A program made the position numbers and the translations under genes. From the NCBI GenBank assembly GCA_963727825.1, contig CAVSHO010000009.1, positions 352,001-416,000 of the forward strand: a DNA stretch of 64,000 nucleotides, read 5' to 3'. Positions 11,281 to 21,541 of the stretch are shown here, in pieces. This DNA comes from Ignavibacteriota bacterium. GTDB lineage: Bacteria; Bacteroidota; Ignavibacteria; UBA10030. Below the pieces are notes generated by a model, which was not told the origin of the DNA, ran no database searches, and saw nothing but the letters and a program-made list of their open reading frames with translations. Position 1 is the stretch's first letter. Every line of letters begins with the position of its first letter.

Positions 11281-12435
11281 TCATGTAAGCGATCCTATGT
11301 ATTCACGAATATACTGCAATTTTTCATTGACCAATATGCTGATCTCATCAAATTCACAAGTTTTAGGAATAAACCCTTCGGCAACTTTTAATTCAGAAGC
11401 GCGAATTTGATTTTCTTCAGACGGTTCGCACAACAAAATGAAAGGGACTGTTTGATTTTTTGAACGGGTGCGCCAAAAATGTAGAAACTTGAAACCGCTT
11501 AAACCACCCTTCTCAGACATTGTATCGCAGAGAACAATTGTTGGATTAAGTTTTTCAACTTTTTCGAGCGCTTCCTCGGCACTTGAAGCCGACGCAACTG
11601 CAAATCCGATTTCCTTAAATCGTGGAACGAACTCTCCCCGCAGCTTATTATCTGGCGATATAAACAACATGGTGCCCCTGAATTGACTTGTCACTAATTC
11701 TGTTAAGAAATGAGACTCATATTCGAGATATTCATTGATAGAGATCTGATAAATTTTCCGCAACCACTCGAGCGTGGATGATGAACTTCGCAATAATTTT
11801 CGTTTAGCAATTACTTCTTTCACAGCTTTGCCATACATCATCAATTTAACTTCACGCGTTATTGATGTTTCTACTTCGGGTGGTATATTGAGAATCCGTA
11901 CTAATCTCTGAAGTTCTTCCACTTCGTTGTTTTTTGGTGCGCCAAATTGCCATGCTTTCTCAAGCTCAGCACGCAGTTGCCGTACTGACGCTTCAAGCTG
12001 CTGGTTCACTATTTCTTCGCGAGCCACTTGTTCTAGTTTAAGTGCACGGTTCAGTTCAGCAATTTGCTGACGCATTTCCATAATTGTTGATGTGAGTGAC
12101 TCTTCTTTTGATGAAACTTGAATTGGCTCAAATGGAGAAGCTGGAGTCGGATTCACCAACAATACGGGCTGAGGTCTTGTGATGACCATTGTATCTTTTG
12201 CGTTGTGATCTCTGGGGGCAGCTTGCAGATTTATATTGTTATGTTGTTTTGTATACGCCTCTTCAAAAAGCTTTAGACGTTCTTCAAAAGCGGAGATGTA
12301 CGGATTAGTGGGATCAATCCGACAAGCGTTTTGTATTTCTTCACGTGCCTTGTCAAAGATGTTATTCTTAAGATACTTGTCGGAAGCAAGAAGATGATCC
12401 TTTGCGACCATCCTATTTTTATCCGGGATTGTCAA
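11281..12435 (-). CDS. Protein with N-terminal TPR-like helix pair, coiled coil and C-terminal atypical receiver domain
   Basis: AREEIQNACRIDPTNPY (TPR-like); C-terminal IVLCDTMSEKGGLSGFKFL...FIPK receiver fold with a degenerate acidic pocket. Confidence 0.65.
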   Translation of the reverse strand: MTIPDKNRMVAKDHLLASDKYLKNNIFDKAREEIQNACRIDPTNPYISAFEERLKLFEEAYTKQHNNINLQAAPRDHNAKDTMVITRPQPVLLVNPTPASPFEPIQVSSKEESLTSTIMEMRQQIAELNRALKLEQVAREEIVNQQLEASVRQLRAELEKAWQFGAPKNNEVEELQRLVRILNIPPEVETSITREVKLMMYGKAVKEVIAKRKLLRSSSSTLEWLRKIYQISINEYLEYESHFLTELVTSQFRGTMLFISPDNKLRGEFVPRFKEIGFAVASASSAEEALEKVEKLNPTIVLCDTMSEKGGLSGFKFLHFWRTRSKNQTVPFILLCEPSEENQIRASELKVAEGFIPKTCEFDEISILVNEKLQYIREYIGSLT

Positions 12436-12734
12436 TTCAATTTTCCCTCGTAACTCATTGCTTTCCTTCTTGTATGTGCCTAATACTCATCTGCTTATTA
12501 CAACAAACGTTTTACATTTTCCGTTCGCCTATATAAAATAAGAAGCTATTATTTTACATTAAAAGTAATCCGAAAATGGCGGAGTTTGGAATAGGATTAT
12601 TCCTATGCATGTTGAATGATTGATTTATCGAGGATTTCCTAGCGAATTTTGTGTTATAAACAAAAAAGGCAAAGCCAACACGTTTCTCGCGAGATTGCCT
12701 GTTTTGTAGATAACCATTGAGCCTTTGAGCCATA

Positions 12735-12809
12735 GTAGAGTCCAGTCACCGAATGGACTTTCTTTCCATTGTAGTCTTTAAGTCATCCGATCTAATGATC
12801 GGACTCTAC
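12735..12809. repeat. 75-bp REP-like palindromic element, copy 2
   Basis: GTAGAGTCCAGTCA...ATGATCGGACTCTAC; direct repeat of 9414-9488. Confidence 0.8.
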
Positions 12810-12870
12810 ATTATCGTTTTTTTTTGTAAAGCAAGGGATTTTTTTCTTGTTTAATCGTCAGACAGTCCCA

Positions 12871-13770
12871 TTATTCTTCGTTAAAATAGTCTGAATCGAT
12901 CCGTTTAATTTCATAGTTGGTTACGGGTGTAACTCCGATATTATGATCAATCATATATTGCGCCAATTGTTGACCATCAATTAAGACAATTTTGCTATCA
13001 ATTTTTGCCGCGAAGTCATTCGCCTCTTTGGAAAAATCAGAAGTTGTTATAAAAACTCCCTTCTTGGCTCGCTGTCCTTGAAGTGCGCCTGCAAACTTTT
13101 GTATTTCAGGACGACTCACCGTGTTTTCCCAACGCTTGGCTTGAATATAAATGATATCGAGACCAAGGCGATCTTCTTTAATAATGCCGTCAATTCCTTC
13201 ATCGCCTGACTTGCCAACTGCTCTACCGGCATCTTTAAGACTGCCACCATAACCCATTGCGACAAGTAATTGAACTACAATTCTCTCGAATTGCCGTGGA
13301 GGGCTGGATTTAATCTGTTGGAGAATATCGCTCGCCAAACTTTGGCGCATACTAATGAAAGCACTTTCGAGAATTTCTTCCGGCGTATCACCGGCGGTAG
13401 GTAATACTTCTTCATCCTTTTCGTGTCTGATAGATTGAAATTCGACAAACTCAGGATATTGTTCAAGAAAGACACGATCTATTTTCTTAGGATTTGAAGA
13501 AAGAACATCTTGTCCACGTTTAGTAATAATGAAATAGGAACGTCGAGGTGATTCAAGCAATCCTGCTTTCTTCATATATGTTCTTGACCAACCTAATCGA
13601 TTGAAAAATACGGTTTGCTGACCACTCGGCAAGAGAATCCCTTGTTCCTGTTCACTAAGATTGAACACCTTAGCCAACTTCTCTTCTGCTTCGTGAAGTG
13701 TATGTTCTTTTGCATCTCCAGCAAATTTCAAGAGAGGGAGCATGATTGTTTGAAAATCTGGTATGGTCAT
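12871..13770 (-). CDS. mrr: Mrr-family type IV (modification-dependent) restriction endonuclease
   Basis: N-terminal IPDFQTIMLPLL...NRLGWSRTYMKKAGLL winged helix; catalytic GDEGIDG...YIQAKRW; GVFITTSDF. Confidence 0.93.
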   Translation of the reverse strand: MTIPDFQTIMLPLLKFAGDAKEHTLHEAEEKLAKVFNLSEQEQGILLPSGQQTVFFNRLGWSRTYMKKAGLLESPRRSYFIITKRGQDVLSSNPKKIDRVFLEQYPEFVEFQSIRHEKDEEVLPTAGDTPEEILESAFISMRQSLASDILQQIKSSPPRQFERIVVQLLVAMGYGGSLKDAGRAVGKSGDEGIDGIIKEDRLGLDIIYIQAKRWENTVSRPEIQKFAGALQGQRAKKGVFITTSDFSKEANDFAAKIDSKIVLIDGQQLAQYMIDHNIGVTPVTNYEIKRIDSDYFNEE

Positions 13771-13849
13771 AGTATTTATCCCTATTTTTATTGGAACCAT
13801 TAGCGAATATCAACTCCGCGCTACAAATTCATTCTCCACCATTATAATT

Positions 13850-14329
13850 TTACTTTTTATTTTTCTGCAGTAGCGCTTTAAGCACAATCGGCGGAACAAA
13901 ATTGCTTACATCGCCGCCCAGCCGGGCAATTTCCCTAACAAAATTTGAACTAAGGTAGGTGTATTTTTCATTAGGCATCAGAAAGATAGTCTCCATCGTT
14001 TCATCTAACTTCCGGTTCATCAGCGCCATTTGAAGCTCGTATTCGAAATCTGTCATCGCGCGCAAGCCACGTACGACCGAAATAGCCTTTTGTTTCTTTA
14101 CATAATCCACCAATAATCCTTCAAAAGAATCCACTTCTACATTTTTATATTTTTTCGTCACCTTCCGGAGAAGTGCGATTCGTTCCTTTTCCGTGAAAAG
14201 TGGGTCTTTGGCCGTGTTCCGCGCGATGGTGATAATGACTTTGTCAAATAGCTTAAGCGCGCGCTCGAGAATATCTATGTGACCGTTTGTTACAGGGTCA
14301 AATGTTCCGGGATAAATGGCAATTTTCAT
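13850..14329 (-). CDS. coaD: Pantetheine-phosphate adenylyltransferase
   Basis: YPGTFDPVTNGH, RGLRAMTDFEYE, LSSNFVRE. Confidence 0.97.
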   Translation of the reverse strand: MKIAIYPGTFDPVTNGHIDILERALKLFDKVIITIARNTAKDPLFTEKERIALLRKVTKKYKNVEVDSFEGLLVDYVKKQKAISVVRGLRAMTDFEYELQMALMNRKLDETMETIFLMPNEKYTYLSSNFVREIARLGGDVSNFVPPIVLKALLQKNKK

Positions 14330-14341
14330 TTTATGTCCTTG

Positions 14342-15349
14342 TTAATAATGGATCGCCTTTTTGAGATTCTGTTTTTGAATATTAAATGTGTTGCGTTCCC
14401 AGAAGACCTTTTCGACATATCCTTGAATCGAATTATCGGTATCCGTATTTAATATTCTTTTTTCGGCCCAAAGAGCATATTCCTGATTCATCTCAACGCC
14501 AAAATAGTTTCTTCCTAATTTTTTTGAAACAACAGATGTAGTTCCAGAGCCTAAAAATGGGTCAAAAACTAATCCATCTTTAGGACAACTTGCTAAAATC
14601 AATTTTGCAATTAACTTTTCCGGCTTTTGGGTAGGATGATCTGTGTTTTCAGGCATTGACCAATATGGGATAGTAATATCATCCCAAAAATTGGATGAAT
14701 ATGTTAATCGAAAATTCCCTTCTTCTGTTTCTTGCCAATCCTTTGGTTTGCCGTCCTCTCTATACGGCGCAATCACTTTCCTTTTCATCTTCACAGATTC
14801 AACATCAAAATAATAATTCTTTGGATCCTTTACTCCAAACCAAATGTCTTCCATACCATTTTTCCAGTTGCTTAATGCTCCTCTCCCTTTCTCCCTTTGC
14901 CATGTAATACGATTTAAAACGGTTAAATTTTCCTCCATTACTTGCTGTAATGCCGAAGTGCATTTCCAATCACCACACAGATAAAGAGAGCCATTCGGTT
15001 TTAGAATGGTTACCACTTTTGGGAACCAAGACCTTAGGTATTCAAGGTAATCTTTATCGCTAGACAATTTGAATTTATAACCATGAAAATCCTTTGTCAA
15101 ATTGTAAGGAGGATCAATGATAATTAAATCCGCTATGCCCTTTGGCAATAAATCAATTACCTCAAACAGATCGCATAATATCGTTTTGTTCAGGATTTCT
15201 TCTCTGGTAAAAATATTTTTCCTATTTGGTTTTACAATGTTCTTGAATAAAACTGATTTTTCTTTTTCTTTTATTGTCAAAGTCTGGTTTCTACCAGCTC
15301 TAACTTTTTCATTCAATTTGTTCATCTCTATTTTTTTGTCATTGTTCAT
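14342..15349 (-). CDS. DNA N6-adenine/N4-cytosine methyltransferase (beta class)
   Basis: Motif IV DPPY precedes HPTQKP and motif I DPFLGSGTT. Confidence 0.92.
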   Translation of the reverse strand: MNNDKKIEMNKLNEKVRAGRNQTLTIKEKEKSVLFKNIVKPNRKNIFTREEILNKTILCDLFEVIDLLPKGIADLIIIDPPYNLTKDFHGYKFKLSSDKDYLEYLRSWFPKVVTILKPNGSLYLCGDWKCTSALQQVMEENLTVLNRITWQREKGRGALSNWKNGMEDIWFGVKDPKNYYFDVESVKMKRKVIAPYREDGKPKDWQETEEGNFRLTYSSNFWDDITIPYWSMPENTDHPTQKPEKLIAKLILASCPKDGLVFDPFLGSGTTSVVSKKLGRNYFGVEMNQEYALWAEKRILNTDTDNSIQGYVEKVFWERNTFNIQKQNLKKAIHY

Positions 15350-15903
15350 ACTGTTGGAACAATCGTTTTTAAGATGAGTACGGTCGTTTGGCCAAATGCT
15401 TTCTTTAGAACTTCATATTTTTGTTCGTCTAATTCAATTATAGATTCGCGGCTGTGTTCCATCACCACATACGTGCCGTTGCGTAAAACACCTGAATCAT
15501 AAATTGCATTCGGCAGTATACCTATGTTTTCCAATTTATACGGCGGGTCAATAAAGACAAGATCGTATTTCCGATTAATATTCTTCAGATACCAAAATAC
15601 ATCCGCTTGATAGACAGAACATTGCGATTCGCACCCTAGCGAAGCTATATTCTTCTCCAGCACGTCCAACGATTTGCGGGCTTTGTCTATAAAAGTGACA
15701 CTTTTGACACCACGGCTAAGTGCTTCCAATCCAAGACTGCCGCTGCCTGCAAATAAATCCAAAACATCCAAGCCGTCAAACTCGATTCGGTTTGATATAA
15801 TATCAAAGATGGTTTGTTTTGCGCGGTCTGTCGTTGGTCGGACGGACAAATCGCGCACAGATTCAATTGAACGGCCGCGGAATTCGCCTGCAATAATCCT
15901 CAT
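15346..15903 (-). CDS. rsmD: 16S rRNA m2G966 methyltransferase
   Basis: MRIIAGEFRGR, RPTTDR, LDLFAGSGSLGLEALSRG, DPPY. Confidence 0.95.
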   Translation of the reverse strand: MRIIAGEFRGRSIESVRDLSVRPTTDRAKQTIFDIISNRIEFDGLDVLDLFAGSGSLGLEALSRGVKSVTFIDKARKSLDVLEKNIASLGCESQCSVYQADVFWYLKNINRKYDLVFIDPPYKLENIGILPNAIYDSGVLRNGTYVVMEHSRESIIELDEQKYEVLKKAFGQTTVLILKTIVPTV

Positions 15904-16820
15904 TTAGTGCGCAGCGCCAAACCGATTGCCGCAGCGAACCGGTAGCTTTCTTTCATAAACTGTTGTGATAAGTTGTTCACTGCACGGATTTTCCTCAACG
16001 AATTCATCGCAAGCGTTTGTTTTATACCAGTCGTCGTCCTGAGCGATACGACAAAATCCCTGGTGATGTCTATGCCGTGCAGAAGAATTGCCGCCGGTGT
16101 TTCGATGTCTTTCTGTTTAAGGTATTTCAAATATTTCATTATGGGTTTCGTCGGATCGGAATTGCCATTATAATGAAATGCCCTGTAATCCGTCATCGCA
16201 CCCTCGTGAATGAGGCTTGCATCTACTCCGTTTTTACGAAATCCGAAGAGTACAATTTCATGTTCGAGAATCTCTGGATAATTCGTGATGAGTGTTTTCT
16301 CCGTGCTGAACTGATCAATGTCAATGATATTCAGATTCATCTTTAATCCTGCTACGGCTTTTTGCAGGAACGCCGCTATTCCACGCCGTATAGCCACCAT
16401 AAACGTTTGTTGTGCCATTTTATTTTTAAGGGGCAGACTGTCTGCACCGATGAAGAACTCTTTCGGAGACGCGTTTGGAAAATACTGATTCATTTCCCAT
16501 TGCAGATATTGAGATAAATCTTTTCCCTTCAATCCTGGATCAGTAGGAATAATACTGATGAACATCGGATCAGGCGGAAGCGCAAAGGAAATGTTTTCCG
16601 CAATCACTTTCTGCTGTTTAATGATCCCCTTTAATTCCGACACAAATATTCCCAGCTGTGGATGCGTAGCCGATAGATTTGCTCCGGTTTGCGCAAAGTC
16701 TATTGCCGTTTCTCGTTCTGCCAATACCGTAACAGTTCGTTTTTTCCTCTTGTGTTCAACTTCGGCTAATTGGATTTTTCCTTTGAGGAACGAAACGCCG
16801 ACATATCTGATTGCTTTCAT
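15900..16820 (-). CDS. PilM-like (actin-fold) protein
   Basis: LQWEMNQYFP, LNIIDIDQF and C-terminal FAAAIGLALR typical of PilM-like proteins. Confidence 0.6.
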   Translation of the reverse strand: MKAIRYVGVSFLKGKIQLAEVEHKRKKRTVTVLAERETAIDFAQTGANLSATHPQLGIFVSELKGIIKQQKVIAENISFALPPDPMFISIIPTDPGLKGKDLSQYLQWEMNQYFPNASPKEFFIGADSLPLKNKMAQQTFMVAIRRGIAAFLQKAVAGLKMNLNIIDIDQFSTEKTLITNYPEILEHEIVLFGFRKNGVDASLIHEGAMTDYRAFHYNGNSDPTKPIMKYLKYLKQKDIETPAAILLHGIDITRDFVVSLRTTTGIKQTLAMNSLRKIRAVNNLSQQFMKESYRFAAAIGLALRTK

Positions 16821-16845
16821 GTAAAAATCTCTCGATGAGTGGTCG

Positions 16846-17271
16846 CTATTGAGTTGTAATCAACGGTCTAAGGTTTTCTATTTTTTTCTTACTCATTCCT
16901 TTTACAGCACGTAATTCATCAACGTTGGAGAACTTTCCTGTTTCTGTGCGATATGTGAGAATGCGATCTGCTGTCACTTCGCCAACGCCGGGCAAATCCA
17001 GAAGCTGCTGCTTTGTTGCTGTGTTGATATTAAGTTTGCCTGATGTATCTTCGATTCCTTCCTTGACCGCTTCAGCTGAACTATCTTCAGGTGCGGTACT
17101 CAATGCGGCGAATGTACTATCGGATGTATGATAATCAAATTGCGGCGCTGATGGAAACGTCGCTTGATACAACCGGATGCCGGCACCCGCAAGCAGTGTG
17201 ACAATGAGGAACAGAATTACCTTCCGTTCTGTATTAGTCAATGCAACCCAGTCTGCGATGCGCTTCAGCAT
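16846..17271 (-). CDS. comEA: ComEA-family helix-hairpin-helix DNA-binding protein
   Basis: N-terminal TM, LNINTATKQQLLDLPGVG HhH, FSNVDELRAVKG. Confidence 0.85.
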   Translation of the reverse strand: MLKRIADWVALTNTERKVILFLIVTLLAGAGIRLYQATFPSAPQFDYHTSDSTFAALSTAPEDSSAEAVKEGIEDTSGKLNINTATKQQLLDLPGVGEVTADRILTYRTETGKFSNVDELRAVKGMSKKKIENLRPLITTQ

Positions 17272-17277
17272 GTCCGA

Positions 17278-18450
17278 TCAAGAAAAAGTATCTTTTACTT
17301 TATCAAAAAAACTCCGATCGCTATTGCGGAGATCTTCTTCGCTTGGATTGACGTGTTCGCAAGAAGAAAGAGTGCGCAGTAACTCCTTTTCTTTACTGTT
17401 AATTTTTGTCGGCACCCATACATTCACACGCACTAATTCATCTCCGCGGCCATAGTTGTTTAGATGCGGAATTCCGCGTTCGCGCATCCTTAGCAATCTG
17501 CCGGCCGGTGTTCCAGGATCAATTGTAAGTTTCGCTTTTCCTGTCAGTGTGGGGATCTCCACGCTGCCGCCGGTCACTGCGGTTGGATAACTGATCCATA
17601 AATCATAAACGATATCATCGCCGTTACGTTTGAAATTCTGATGTCGTTCTTCTTCAATGACGACAATTAAATCGCCGGCAGGGCCTCCGCGACGCCCGGC
17701 ATTACCTTGACCAGTAAGTGTGATATAATTACCTTCCGACACGCCAGCTGGTACTGTAACCTTAATAGTCGATTCGCCCTGTACTCTTCCTTCGCCAGAA
17801 CAAGTGAGGCACGGATCTTTGACAATACGTCCTTCACCTTCGCAATTTGGACAAGTGGTAATGTTCACAAATTGACCGAACATCGAGCGTGACACTTGGC
17901 GCAATTCCCCGCTTCCACCGCATTGTGGACATTCTGTTTTTCCGCTGGATGTTTTTGCACCGCTACCGTTACAAATATCGCACTTTTTTTGTCGCTTTAC
18001 CTTAATTTTCTTTTCGATACTACTGGCAATTTCTTCAAGCGTCAAAGATAGACGCACACGCAAGTCAGAACCCGGTTGTCCATGTTGCGAAGAAGAACGC
18101 CGCCGCGATCTTTGACCGCCGCCGAATACTTCATCGAAAATCGAGCCGCCAAAACCACCGGTAAAAATATCACCGAATGTGCTAAAGATATCGTTAATGT
18201 CATTAAAGTCACGATAGTTAGTACCGCGCAATCCTTCATGACCAAACTGATCATAACGTTGTTTCTTTTCCGGATCACACAGCACTTCATACGCTTCTGC
18301 TGCTTCCTTAAATTTTTCTTCCGATTCTTTATTTCCGGCGTTGCGATCAGGATGATATTTCATCGCCATTTGGCGGTATGCTTTCTTGATTTCATCCTGC
18401 GTAGCGTTTCGTTCAAGTCCTAACACTTCATAAAAATCTCTTTTCGCCAT
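17278..18450 (-). CDS. dnaJ: Chaperone DnaJ
   Basis: J-domain HPD, G/F-rich linker, four CxxCxGxG repeats. Confidence 0.98.
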   Translation of the reverse strand: MAKRDFYEVLGLERNATQDEIKKAYRQMAMKYHPDRNAGNKESEEKFKEAAEAYEVLCDPEKKQRYDQFGHEGLRGTNYRDFNDINDIFSTFGDIFTGGFGGSIFDEVFGGGQRSRRRSSSQHGQPGSDLRVRLSLTLEEIASSIEKKIKVKRQKKCDICNGSGAKTSSGKTECPQCGGSGELRQVSRSMFGQFVNITTCPNCEGEGRIVKDPCLTCSGEGRVQGESTIKVTVPAGVSEGNYITLTGQGNAGRRGGPAGDLIVVIEEERHQNFKRNGDDIVYDLWISYPTAVTGGSVEIPTLTGKAKLTIDPGTPAGRLLRMRERGIPHLNNYGRGDELVRVNVWVPTKINSKEKELLRTLSSCEHVNPSEEDLRNSDRSFFDKVKDTFS

Positions 18451-18456
18451 ATCCGG

Positions 18457-19068
18457 TTATTCCTCTGAAGTGCTGATCGAAGATTTTGTCTGTTTTATTT
18501 CGCTCTGTTCTTCTGGCGGAGCGGAAGAAACAACTACCTTTGCATGGCGAATGATTTTATCGTCCAGCATATATCCTTTTTCAATTTCTTCGATCACTGT
18601 ATGAGGCGGCAGGTCTTTTCTCGGCATTTGCAATAACGCGTCATGATAATCGACGCTGAATTCTTTTCCTACTGTTTCAAATGTCTTCACGCCTCGTCCT
18701 TCCAGCACTTTCACCAATTTCAAATAAATCAATTCCACACCTTTTACTAAGGCATCAGATTCTTTGCTTTCTTTGCTGTGCTTGAGCGAGCGTTCAAAGT
18801 CGTCCAGCACCGGAAGCAAATCATCGATCAGTGATTCAGTCGCAAACTTGACAATGTTAGTCGTTTCATTTTCGATACGCCGTTTGTAATTATCAAACTC
18901 AGCCGCCTTTCTTAACAGCATATCTTTGTATTGATCAACTTGTTTCTGCAGTTCTTCTATCTGAAGCTTGGGTGATGCTGCCTCTGTCAATTCGGTTTGT
19001 GGTTGTGTTTCCGGTTTTTGTTCTTCTTTAGTTCCATTTTTCTTTTTTTCCAAATCGCTCATTTCCAT
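18457..19068 (-). CDS. grpE: Nucleotide exchange factor GrpE
   Basis: AEFDNYKRR, LLPVLDDFER, KGYMLDDKIIRHAKVVV. Confidence 0.96.
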   Translation of the reverse strand: MEMSDLEKKKNGTKEEQKPETQPQTELTEAASPKLQIEELQKQVDQYKDMLLRKAAEFDNYKRRIENETTNIVKFATESLIDDLLPVLDDFERSLKHSKESKESDALVKGVELIYLKLVKVLEGRGVKTFETVGKEFSVDYHDALLQMPRKDLPPHTVIEEIEKGYMLDDKIIRHAKVVVSSAPPEEQSEIKQTKSSISTSEE

Positions 19069-19118
19069 TTCTTACCTAATGAATTTATCCGCATGGCAAT
19101 TCCTACGGTTTTTTTATT

Positions 19119-20168
19119 TTATGAATTTAACATCTTTGCAATCGCCTGCGCCACGTAATCGACTAACGGAATAACTTTGCCATAATTCATTCGTGTAGGG
19201 CCGATAATGCCAACACGACCTGTCACTCCGCCAACATCGTACGTCGCTGTAACAAAGCTGTATTCTTTTGTTGTTTCGTCTTTATTTTCTGTACCGATTG
19301 TTACTACATAATTCCTACGTGATTCATCATGCCTTTCCAATAAGTGAACTATGATATCTTCGTTTTCAATAAGTTCAATAACAGATCTAAAGTTTTTGGG
19401 ATCCACAAATTCCGGTTGATCTACTATGTTCTTCGTCCCGCCGATGATGACTTTTTCGCGATCTTTGGAATCAGTAAAAAGTTGATCTACCGATTCAATA
19501 AATAGCCGGATCAATCCGGTTTTTTCATTCTGCATGTCCCGAACCCGGTCAATGAACGAATCGCGTATTTCTTTAAGCGTCAATCCGGACAACCGCTCGT
19601 TGATGATACGACCAACTTGATCCAGATGATCGCGAGGGACTTCAGCACCGACTTCCAACATAATCGTTCGGATAATACCGGTACGAATTGAAATCACCAC
19701 GAGAAGCTTTGAGCTTGTTATAGGGATTAATTCAACTTTTTCAAATATCCCGCTGCTTAAATGCGGCGATGTTACAACACTAAGTTGATGTGAAATCTTC
19801 CCGAGCAATTTTGAGGTCTCACGCAGCATTTCATCTGCATCATTTGTCTGGTTCAATTGCTGCTGAATTCGCAGTTTTTCATCATCATCTAATTGCTGCA
19901 TCTCCATCAGATAATCAATATAAAACCTGTATCCCAGGTCAGTCGGTACCCTTCCTGCCGATGTATGCGGATGAGACAAGAACCCCGTTTCTTCCAAATC
20001 CGCCATAACATTGCGGATAGAAGCCGCACTGAGATTCTTTTCCAAATGTTTTGAAATATACCGCGAGCCGACAGGAATAGCCGTTTGAATATAATTGTAC
20101 ACAACGTGATGCAAAATGCTCTGTTCACGTTCGGTCAACTTTCCATTTTCTTTAGTTACTTCTACCAT
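19119..20168 (-). CDS. hrcA: Heat-inducible transcription repressor HrcA
   Basis: PVGS, SAASIRNVMADLE, HPHTSAGRVPTDLGYRFY, GIIGPTRMNY. Confidence 0.97.
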   Translation of the reverse strand: MVEVTKENGKLTEREQSILHHVVYNYIQTAIPVGSRYISKHLEKNLSAASIRNVMADLEETGFLSHPHTSAGRVPTDLGYRFYIDYLMEMQQLDDDEKLRIQQQLNQTNDADEMLRETSKLLGKISHQLSVVTSPHLSSGIFEKVELIPITSSKLLVVISIRTGIIRTIMLEVGAEVPRDHLDQVGRIINERLSGLTLKEIRDSFIDRVRDMQNEKTGLIRLFIESVDQLFTDSKDREKVIIGGTKNIVDQPEFVDPKNFRSVIELIENEDIIVHLLERHDESRRNYVVTIGTENKDETTKEYSFVTATYDVGGVTGRVGIIGPTRMNYGKVIPLVDYVAQAIAKMLNS

Positions 20169-20222
20169 CTTACACCTATATCTCCAATACAAAATTAACC
20201 ATTAAACGCTCCTTTGTCAAGG

Positions 20223-20249
20223 TAAGCACTCGATGAGTGCTAGTGCTCT
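20223..20249. promoter_or_regulatory. CIRCE-like HrcA operator
   Basis: TAAGCACTC-N9-TAGTGCTCT versus consensus TTAGCACTC-N9-GAGTGCTAA; lies 55 bp upstream of hrcA; a further GAGTGCTAG half-site is nested at 20235-20243. Confidence 0.7.
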
Positions 20250-20331
20250 GATATTGCAAATGAAATCTTACAACTCTCAAAATTTGCTGGAAATTGCATC
20301 GCCTTACATTTCTTCTTATCTTATCATAGTT

Positions 20332-21453
20332 ATGAATGCAAAACTTGTTCTCGAAAACGGCACTATTTTCAACGGCGAATCGTTCGGTGCAAATGGTGAA
20401 ACAACCGGCGAAGTGGTTTTCAACACCAGTCTTACCGGATATCAAGAAATCCTTACCGATCCATCGTACGCTGGGCAAATCGTAACAATGACGTATCCAC
20501 TTATCGGAAATTACGGCGTGAACACGGAAGATCTCGAATCGGTTAAACCGCAAGTAGCAGGATTCGTAGTAAAGGAATATAGTGAATTTCCAAGTAACTT
20601 CCGCTCGACCGAAAGCCTCGGCAATTGGCTCTCAAAGCACAATATTGTTGGTATTCAAGGTATAGACACAAGAATGCTGACGAAGATGATTCGTTCCGTC
20701 GGTGCAATGCGTGGAATTATTTCTACGGAAGATTCAGATGATAATAATTTGCTTGTTAAGGTGATGCAATCGCCGCAAATGGCGGGATTAGATCTAGCCA
20801 GCCGCGTTACAACGCTCCAACCATACAAATGGGATAAAGTTGATAAGACACAGTTCGCGCTTCCTTTAGCTAAGGCTGTTTCTGGAAAGAAATGGAATGT
20901 GCTTGTGTACGATTACGGCGTGAAGCAAAATATCCTGCGCCGGCTGACTTCCTACGGATGCAATTTAACCGTATTGCCCGCACAGACTTCTGCAGAAGAC
21001 GTATTAAAAATGAAACCGGACGGGATTTTTCTTTCTAATGGTCCGGGCGATCCGGCAGCAGTAACTTATGCCATCGATAACATTAAAAAGTTAATTGGAA
21101 AGAAACCGATCTTCGGAATTTGCCTCGGACACCAGCTGCTGGCATTAGCGCTTGGTGGAAAAACATTTAAATTGAAATTCGGACATCGCGGCGGCAACCA
21201 TCCTGTAAAGAATCTGATGACCGGAGCAATCGAGATTACCTCGCAGAATCATGGCTTCGCAGTCGATCCGGATTCACTCGATTCAAAATCTATTGAGATT
21301 ACTCACGAGAACTGGAATGACCACACGAATGAAGGATTTCGCCATCGTTCGCTGCCGATTTTCTCCGTTCAATATCACCCGGAAGCTTCACCCGGTCCGC
21401 ATGACAGCGATTATCTTTTCTCCCAATTCGTGGAAATGATGGGAAAACAGTAA
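20332..21453 (+). CDS. carA: Carbamoyl-phosphate synthase small subunit
   Basis: [48 protein letters not shown]. Start moved to [10 protein letters not shown]. Confidence 0.97.
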   Translation: MNAKLVLENGTIFNGESFGANGETTGEVVFNTSLTGYQEILTDPSYAGQIVTMTYPLIGNYGVNTEDLESVKPQVAGFVVKEYSEFPSNFRSTESLGNWLSKHNIVGIQGIDTRMLTKMIRSVGAMRGIISTEDSDDNNLLVKVMQSPQMAGLDLASRVTTLQPYKWDKVDKTQFALPLAKAVSGKKWNVLVYDYGVKQNILRRLTSYGCNLTVLPAQTSAEDVLKMKPDGIFLSNGPGDPAAVTYAIDNIKKLIGKKPIFGICLGHQLLALALGGKTFKLKFGHRGGNHPVKNLMTGAIEITSQNHGFAVDPDSLDSKSIEITHENWNDHTNEGFRHRSLPIFSVQYHPEASPGPHDSDYLFSQFVEMMGKQ

Positions 21454-21479
21454 CCATTCTAACTTCACAATTCAAAAGT

Positions 21480-21510
21480 GAGCCGAATGTAAAAGCATCC
21501 GGCTTTTTTG
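21480..21510 (+). terminator. Intrinsic terminator after carA
   Basis: AGCCG.ATG...CAT.CGGCT stem followed by a T-run. Confidence 0.65.
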
Positions 21511-21541
21511 TTTATTTCACTCAGTATTTCTTTATAAATAA

